A DNA stretch of 64,000 bases, taken from NCBI GenBank assembly GCA_008632985.1, contig QPGO01000116.1, forward strand, positions 124,001 to 188,000, read 5' to 3'. The notes under the pieces are model-generated. The model was not told the origin of the DNA and did not search any database. It saw only the letters and a program-made list of their open reading frames with translations. The stretch comes from Psammoneis japonica. Taxonomy: Eukaryota. The first letter of the stretch is position 1. Each line of letters opens with the position of its first letter. Below are positions 57,439-64,000 of the stretch, piece by piece. The position numbers and the translations under genes are program-made.

Positions 57439-59457
57439 ATGCCTATGAATTCGGACTCAAGAAATGATACATATTACGACAAAGGGTCGGAGGAGCCTGC
57501 TACTGAAACACCACTGACGATACAGAAACTTGAAAAGGTACATCATTCTAGAATGCAAAAGAAGAATCTTTGTCCTCAAGTGATTCATTCGTTTGTTCTC
57601 TCGTGTAATCCATATGAATTCTGCTCACGCATTCGTATCGCGCTCACTCTTTCTTTTTACAGCGACGCCATTTGACACCGAATAACAAGCGCACAGTGAT
57701 TGTGTTGGTGGGCCTACCCGGGCGAGGCAAGTCGTTTGTCGCACGCAAGCTGTCGACCTTTTTGACTTGGCGTGGAGTTGATTCCAAGGTTTTCAACGTT
57801 GGTTTTTACCGTCGACATGCGGTGATGCTGGAACAGGAATCGGAATCCAAGAATGGAGCATGCGATGCCGACTTCTTTGATGCAGGAAACGAGAGAGCGG
57901 CGGCTATTCGTCATCAAGTTGCCGAGTTAGCCATGAAAGACATGCTATTGTGGTTGGATATGGGGCTTGATGGCGACGAGGATGACGATTCTTCGTCTTC
58001 TTCAATATCTGCCGCCAGGTCAAAAGATCGAGTCGCTATCTTTGATGCGACCAACTCGACAAAAAAGCGAAGGCGGTGGATTCTTGAACAGTGTACTTCT
58101 CCTGATCGGCGGCTAGATAAACCTACCGGGGTTGTCTTTGTTGAGTCAATCTGTGATGACAAGGAGCTCTTGGAAGAAAACTTCCGTTTCAAGGTCTCCA
58201 ACAGTCCAGACTACGCGGGGATGTCCGAGGAACTTGCCCTTCAAGATCTACGGAAACGTGTTCATAACTACGAAGCATCGTACGAAACTATCACGAATGA
58301 CAGCCTGTCGTACATCAAGGTATTCAACCTTTCCAGCAAGCTCATGGTCAATCATATTTATGGTCGAATGGCGAAGAGCATTGTGCCTGCGTTAATGGCT
58401 TGGAATATTGGAACTCGACCTGTGTTCCTATGTCGAGCTGGGAGTACTCCGCATCATTTGAACGGAGACAGTTTCCATATCAACAATGACCTGTTGCAAG
58501 TTTCACCCAATCCAACAAGAAGGAATACGAGGGGTAACAGGCTGGGTAAAAGGGGACTGCACTTCCGTGATGATCTTTGCAAGTTTATTGAAACTGAATG
58601 CACCGAATTTATCCAGAAGCGAAACGCGTTGGCTGCCAAGACAACAGGAACATCCATGACTGGTATTTCCTCGAATATCATTGGTGATGTTGGTAGAGAT
58701 GGCCAGCCGTTGCCATTCCCTTGCGTGATAATGTCTAGCACCATGCCAAGGTAAGCATACTATTTGTTATACGGCGTTTGTCGAGCTTGCATACATGTTT
58801 CAACCCCTCACGTGTTAGTGCTTGCTCTTCAGGGCGGTGCAAACCGTAACTTGGGAAAGCCCTTCAATTCAGGTGGAGCAACAGTCGGCCCTAAACCCTT
58901 TAGACAAAGGTGATTTTGGTGGTTTGGAGCTGGACGAAATCAGAAAGCGCGAACCGGAGTGGTACGCAAAGCTAAGGGAAGATCCTTTTCACACAAGGTG
59001 AGAGTAACAAAACCCTCCTCATCTAAATTCTATTGCTTCGAAATCTATGACCGGCGCTGACTCTTTGTCATTTTGGGCATGTGTGAACAGATTCCCTGGT
59101 GGGGAGAGCTACTGTGACTTGATCAAGCGCCTTGAGCCGGTCATTATTGACATTGAGCAGCAAGTTGCGCCCGTGGTTGTAGCCAGTCACGTGAGCAACA
59201 TACAGATGCTGATGTCTTATTTCCGAAATTCTCCAGTCGAAAAGTGCACGTCGATTGAGGTCCCCATGCACACAGTTATTAAATTCACTCCTGTACAAGG
59301 AGGAGGATGGAGCGAAAGGTCATACACATTGTATCACCCAAGAGATGAGGAAATTCCACCTTTGCCGTTGGGCCATGAATCCGATTCGTCCTTCAGTGAC
59401 ATTTCCGAAGATGGACATAGTCCTCCCATTTGGGGTGATCCTCGAATGCGCCGATGA
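57439..59457 (+). CDS. 6-phosphofructo-2-kinase / fructose-2,6-bisphosphatase
   Basis: P-loop VGLPGRGKS, FNVG.YRR, DATNST..RR, FVESICDD, RFPGGESY.DL..RLEP; introns about 57538-57662, 58751-58831 and 58998-59090. Confidence 0.92.
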
Positions 59458-59570
59458 CGTGCTCGTGTTCGTGCAAGGTAGTGGCTATGTACAGAAGAAC
59501 AACTTTTGCGTACGCGTGTCTAAGTATCTTATGTCTAATTTTTCTATTCTTTGTTACCCTCTCTACATAC

Positions 59571-60185
59571 CTATTCGTTCTTCCCCTCTTTTCTATCTTT
59601 CTCCTTCAAAAACTCGATTTTATCAACGATATTGGCTTGGATCCATGGAGTAGTCGACAGCGCCAATCCAATTCTCAAAGGAACGGCGAATCGAGCAAAG
59701 TTTACGAAAGCAAAAGCTTCCGCTGACAGCTTGGTAACGTCGTCCTGGTTACTCAAATCAGGCCAGTGTCCTGTGACAGTGTGGTAGCCAGCTAACACAA
59801 CAGGTACAGAAACGGCCCAGAAACCCAGTTCCCATGCTGCGTATGAGATGACTCCTGCGATTCCCGCGTCCTTCACTTGTTGCATGAGGTTCTCCTTCTC
59901 GTCCTTCTTGTCTTCCACCATCAAGTCTTTGTCGGCTTCGACATATTCGATTTTTTCCTGTGGCCTGTTCTTCTCAATAGTCTCTTCAACCGCTGCTGGA
60001 GACTGTTCTGCTGCAGGTGCTTCGAGCGTCGCTGTCGTGGAATCTTGATCGGTAGCTGCAAAAACCGTCAATCGATGAGCAGGAGGAGCGTGCACCGGCG
60101 AGTGGACAATGAATGCTGGAGGGGCAAAAGCCGTCGATGTGTATGGGATCAGGAGCAATGTGGTAGCTGCAATAGACTTCTTCAT
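59571..60185 (-). CDS. Plastid-targeted membrane protein (DUF1279/FAM210-like)
   Basis: Signal peptide ending STA-FAP; AGIAGVISY..WE..FW and FARFAVPLRIGLAL..TPW. Confidence 0.7.
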   Translation of the reverse strand: MKKSIAATTLLLIPYTSTAFAPPAFIVHSPVHAPPAHRLTVFAATDQDSTTATLEAPAAEQSPAAVEETIEKNRPQEKIEYVEADKDLMVEDKKDEKENLMQQVKDAGIAGVISYAAWELGFWAVSVPVVLAGYHTVTGHWPDLSNQDDVTKLSAEAFAFVNFARFAVPLRIGLALSTTPWIQANIVDKIEFLKEKDRKEGKNE

Positions 60186-61011
60186 CGTGAACTGCTTTGT
60201 GTCAAGGAAGATGAGCTGATTTGTTTTTAGTCGAAGAGCGTCGAAAATGTGAGCACATTGTGGTCATGTAGTCACAGTCGAATGAGTCAGATAGTCGTTG
60301 TCAGTGCCACGTCATCTCTGCGTCACAGTTCGCCTTCCGTCCGTCCTTCCATCGTCACTGCAGCGTTTGATCTGCTCAGAGATGACGACTTTCACACGCT
60401 ACAAGTACTGTACTCTCTGCTCTCTAGAGACTAGCTCTAGAGAGAGAAGTGCTGTCAAACACTTACCACTAATCACTTCAATCTACTTTAGAAGTACCTA
60501 GCCATTGAGTAGATCAAATAGGTATGTATCTATACTGTACAGCCTCTACGTAGATGAATTCGCAAACAAAACTCAAAGCTCCGGTCCATCGTGATGACTG
60601 TCCGCTCTCGAGTGATTTTCATGGCGTGTGGCAAAATCGTCGTCTGAGCAGGAAGGAAAACAAAAATTAAAATAGTACATAGCCATTAAAAAAGCTTTGT
60701 AAAACTAGCTACAATGTTCATTCTTTATTCGCACTTCGAGTTAGATTTTTTTATTAGCCTTTTCGGATTCTGGCGCCGCTTCCACGTGTCGGAAAGCAAG
60801 CGCAAAAATTTGCGCGGGAAAGCCCACGCCGTGCTGACTGACGCAGTGGCGGAATTGCGAATCGCTACAAGAAGAAGTGTGCTGGCGGTTCGGGTGTGTG
60901 ATGGGTGTTCAGTTCTGATATCATGCGAACGGAGTCAACACGATCGTTTCCAAGATTACCATTCTCGTGCCTTACAACACCCATCATCATCGAACAATAG
61001 TTTTTGGAAGA

Positions 61012-61938
61012 ATGAGTCGTAGTCCTTTCTTTGCAATCATTTTCTTTGTGGCATTGAGTACCAATGCTTTCTCCATCTCATCGGCATCTAAGCCACGCGG
61101 ATGTGTGTCGGGATCACGAGAATTCGACTCGCCAGCTCTACGGTCCTCGACAGTTACAGAAATAGGCGACTTGGAAACTCGAACGCCAAGTCCTCTTAGA
61201 CCACCATCATCCAAAAAGGTGCAGAGGAAAAAGGAAAATTATGTGCAACTGACGTTGTGCGGAAGTAAGACAGTACAAACTGAACCAGTGCCAATGCCGA
61301 CTAACATGAAAATGCTGAATGAGTTCTTTTCGAAGAAGGAGCATCGAAATCTTTTATTTCCTCAGAACGAAGCACGTGATCTGCCAAATCCAACATCGCA
61401 ACAACTTAGAACCTGGTCCCAAGCAGCGAAACTTGGCGGAGCGACACCAATGCTCGACCTTGTTCCGACTAAAAGCGAGGTGATCAAGATTTCAGCGCAG
61501 CTCAATCTTCCGGGCGTGAAAGTTACATCCACATCAACAATTGGTGTGAACTTGTTCTTACCAGAGAAGAAATCAGCAATGCAATATCCCGAGTATCAAT
61601 TCACCCTTCTTGACTCCGATCTTTCTCCGCACGGCCCGAAACCCCTTGTATGGTTGTTCAACCAGTTGACAAAGTACCGGGATTCAACTGATTCCTTTAC
61701 TAGAGTTAGAGCCATAAACGCTGGGGGCGTGAATTGCGATAAGATTGCATTCGTCACGGAGGCTCGACTTCAAACGAGTATTCGTATTCCAAAACTTGCT
61801 CTCAAGCTGCTGCCCGTAAAGAACGTGGAACGATTCGAGCGACAAGGAAGTGAAGCCATTCAAAAGCTATTAGAGAAGGAACTTCAACCGGCACTCTCTG
61901 GGTTTCGCAACGCTTATCTTAACTCACTTTCGGACTAG
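61012..61938 (+). CDS. Hypothetical plastid-targeted protein (possibly DUF1997/START-like)
   Basis: Signal peptide ending TNA-FS; 300-aa ORF ending FERQGSEAIQKLLEKELQPAL..FRNAY. Confidence 0.6.
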   Translation: MSRSPFFAIIFFVALSTNAFSISSASKPRGCVSGSREFDSPALRSSTVTEIGDLETRTPSPLRPPSSKKVQRKKENYVQLTLCGSKTVQTEPVPMPTNMKMLNEFFSKKEHRNLLFPQNEARDLPNPTSQQLRTWSQAAKLGGATPMLDLVPTKSEVIKISAQLNLPGVKVTSTSTIGVNLFLPEKKSAMQYPEYQFTLLDSDLSPHGPKPLVWLFNQLTKYRDSTDSFTRVRAINAGGVNCDKIAFVTEARLQTSIRIPKLALKLLPVKNVERFERQGSEAIQKLLEKELQPALSGFRNAYLNSLSD

Positions 61939-62048
61939 ACGCTGCGTCTAGGTAGTCTATGCTATGAAAGGATTCCATGTTGACATGTTCAAAAATCGTT
62001 ATAGACTATAAAACTATTTTAGAGATTTTGTGTATAGCAAGAGTTGTA

Positions 62049-63700
62049 TTAGGATTTGTGCCTTGTAATTGGAGAAAAAGCAATCTGCCCATTGCTCTCC
62101 TTCAATTCGTCCATGGCGGATGAAGACACGGCTGTCACAATCGAGAGCGGTCTGACAAATGAAGAATTACCATTATCTGACATCGCCTTGGAATAACCGG
62201 AGGAAGAAGAGGATGCTCTGTCCGACTTGTCGCCTGCGACACTTCTTTGAAGAGAAGCAAAAGCTTGCTCCAGTTGGATCTGAGGAGACGATGGTGCTGA
62301 CCGCACCATGTTGTTGCATCGCCGTACTGAAGACGTGTCTGAGCCGGACGATGATGATCTACCAGATTTGTCTTCTATAACGCTTCTCTGTGTAGGAGTG
62401 AGTACTTGTTCCATCATATGCATTGTTCCCGGTGACGATGGAGCCGACCAAACCATCTTGGTAATCTGTCGAGAATGATCTGACATGGTCTCTGAATCGG
62501 AGGATAAAGTTCCTCCCGACGATGACTTGTCATCACCAGAATGTCTTGACACCTGATCTTGTGTTGAATGTGATTGTGTCGCGTACCCGTACATGCCACA
62601 CAACTGCTTTGTATGTTGCGCGCTTCCGTATACTTGCGATTGCGACGGGGCATGAGATACAAGGGCTTGGCGTTGCTCTGATTCCATCTCCGTACCAGGT
62701 GTAGCCTTGCAATCTGTGGCATCTCCCTGTAATTGTTCCATACTCGTTGCTAGCACGTCCGCTGCTCTTGGATCGGTCAAGACCGTGTTGGGACGTTCAG
62801 AAACGCTGCTCGCAACCCGACGCGGCTGCAGTGGCTGAGTAGTGTACAGGGGAGGAGAAGCACTAAGAACCGGTTGCTGTTGAACAATAGCATGTTGGCA
62901 CCTGTCAGGATACTGCAGTTGGTGATACTGAGCAATTGAATTTGACGCTTCTTGTGCTTGGGATAGCGCACTGTACGGAAGAGAGGAACTTGCAACGGAA
63001 GATGGTTGTTGCTGTGAATAGAATACACCTTGAACTAAGCCATAGAAAAAGGTCGGCGGGACAGCAGGAGCCTCCCCACTCCATCTTGGAGGGACTAATT
63101 TAGAATTTCCTTGTGATGACGTGGGTGGCCTTGTTGAACCCTTCCTCTTCTTTGGTATCGGCGTTGCTCTCTTCTTACCAATAATCTCTGCTCGTATCTC
63201 AGGGGCGTTTTCTCTCAGTGCTTGACTCGTCTTGTCCCTTGCCTTGGCGTCTCCTATTTCATAATACGCGCCTGTTGCAGAATCTTTGTTCAAGAAACGT
63301 CCTGGTGGATCAAGAGCTCGGATCTCACTAACTATTGTATCTGCAATCAGTCTTTTCTCTTCCTTGAATCGGGCGTTCAAGTACACGATTCTGTACCTTT
63401 TCACTGTCTTTCGAAAATTTTCGTTACCTGAATGAGAAAGTGAATAACATGGTAGTCAGTAAAATCTCGAGAAATCGACAAAGAGAAGAAAGGATGGAAG
63501 AAGAAACAGAGAAAGCACAGGAACCCAAAGTTTTTCTCGATAGAAAAGAACGTAGTGGGTACGCTAGCTTGGGAAATGTTACCTGGATGAGCATTAATGG
63601 TCCCTCCTCTACCACATAGAACATCGTTATGATTTAGAGAGACAGGTGGTATGTTGGAAGTTGACTGAGGTGTTCCCTCGTCATCGTTTTCCGCCGCCAT
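62049..63700 (-). CDS. DUF6824-domain protein (diatom-expanded putative regulator)
   Basis: NDVLCGRGG..N.HPGN..FR across an intron at about 63428-63583, then EKRLIA..IV..IR..PPGRFL..A.DKTSQALRE and a Ser/Gln-rich tail. Confidence 0.85.
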
Positions 63701-64000
63701 GGTTGCTCACAATTCCATCGGTCATCTGAAAAAAAATGAGCTGCGCGTCGCCGCAGGATTTGTTGATATCGGTCATTGAATACATTTCATGACAGTTTAT
63801 ATCTTATTGGGATAAATAATGTGGCTGGCCAATTATTTGGGTTGATTTTTTGGTATATATTAGTATTCTTATACTTTTAATATACTCTCGACGGTTACAC
63901 GGAGCACTCGACTTGTTCGACTCAGTTTTCAAACATTGTTGGGTTTGGCGTTGGGTCATGGGTCATCACACACATCATTCATCATCAGCAATTCAATTCA

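Overview
Eukaryotic gene-dense DNA, most likely from a diatom (short GT-AG introns, a DUF6824 protein, signal peptide + AF plastid-targeting motifs, CoDi-like Copia). About 18 host genes are present: an SGNH-type hydrolase, BRCA2 with an expanded BRC array, a voltage-sensor-type class III nucleotide cyclase, Nup35/53, RPC11, two SAM methyltransferase paralogs, COQ7-like, a YEATS-sirtuin fusion, TRAPPC5, two GNAT paralogs, a desaturase (pseudo)gene, RNase Z, PFKFB and several hypothetical proteins. Two repeat-derived islands (about 11.2-17.2 kb and 39.8-51.7 kb) are almost free of TpA. The second holds a full-length Copia element (472-bp LTRs, TTCCG TSD, non-canonical AG..CT ends) with a nested 449-bp TRIM carrying tRNA-type Pol III A/B boxes. 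Alignments made within the window (LTR vs LTR, TRIM LTRs, TRAPPC5 vs its decayed copy, Tyr to Cys/His at conserved retrotransposon motifs) show a directional TpA to TpG/CpA (A:T to G:C) hypermutation, the reverse of fungal RIP, in addition to CpG decay. It spreads into host DNA beside the transposon but spares ordinary gene duplicates. This candidate genome-defence system is the main finding. Many single-base frameshifts in host genes look like assembly errors, so gene boundaries are approximate. All counts were made by eye.
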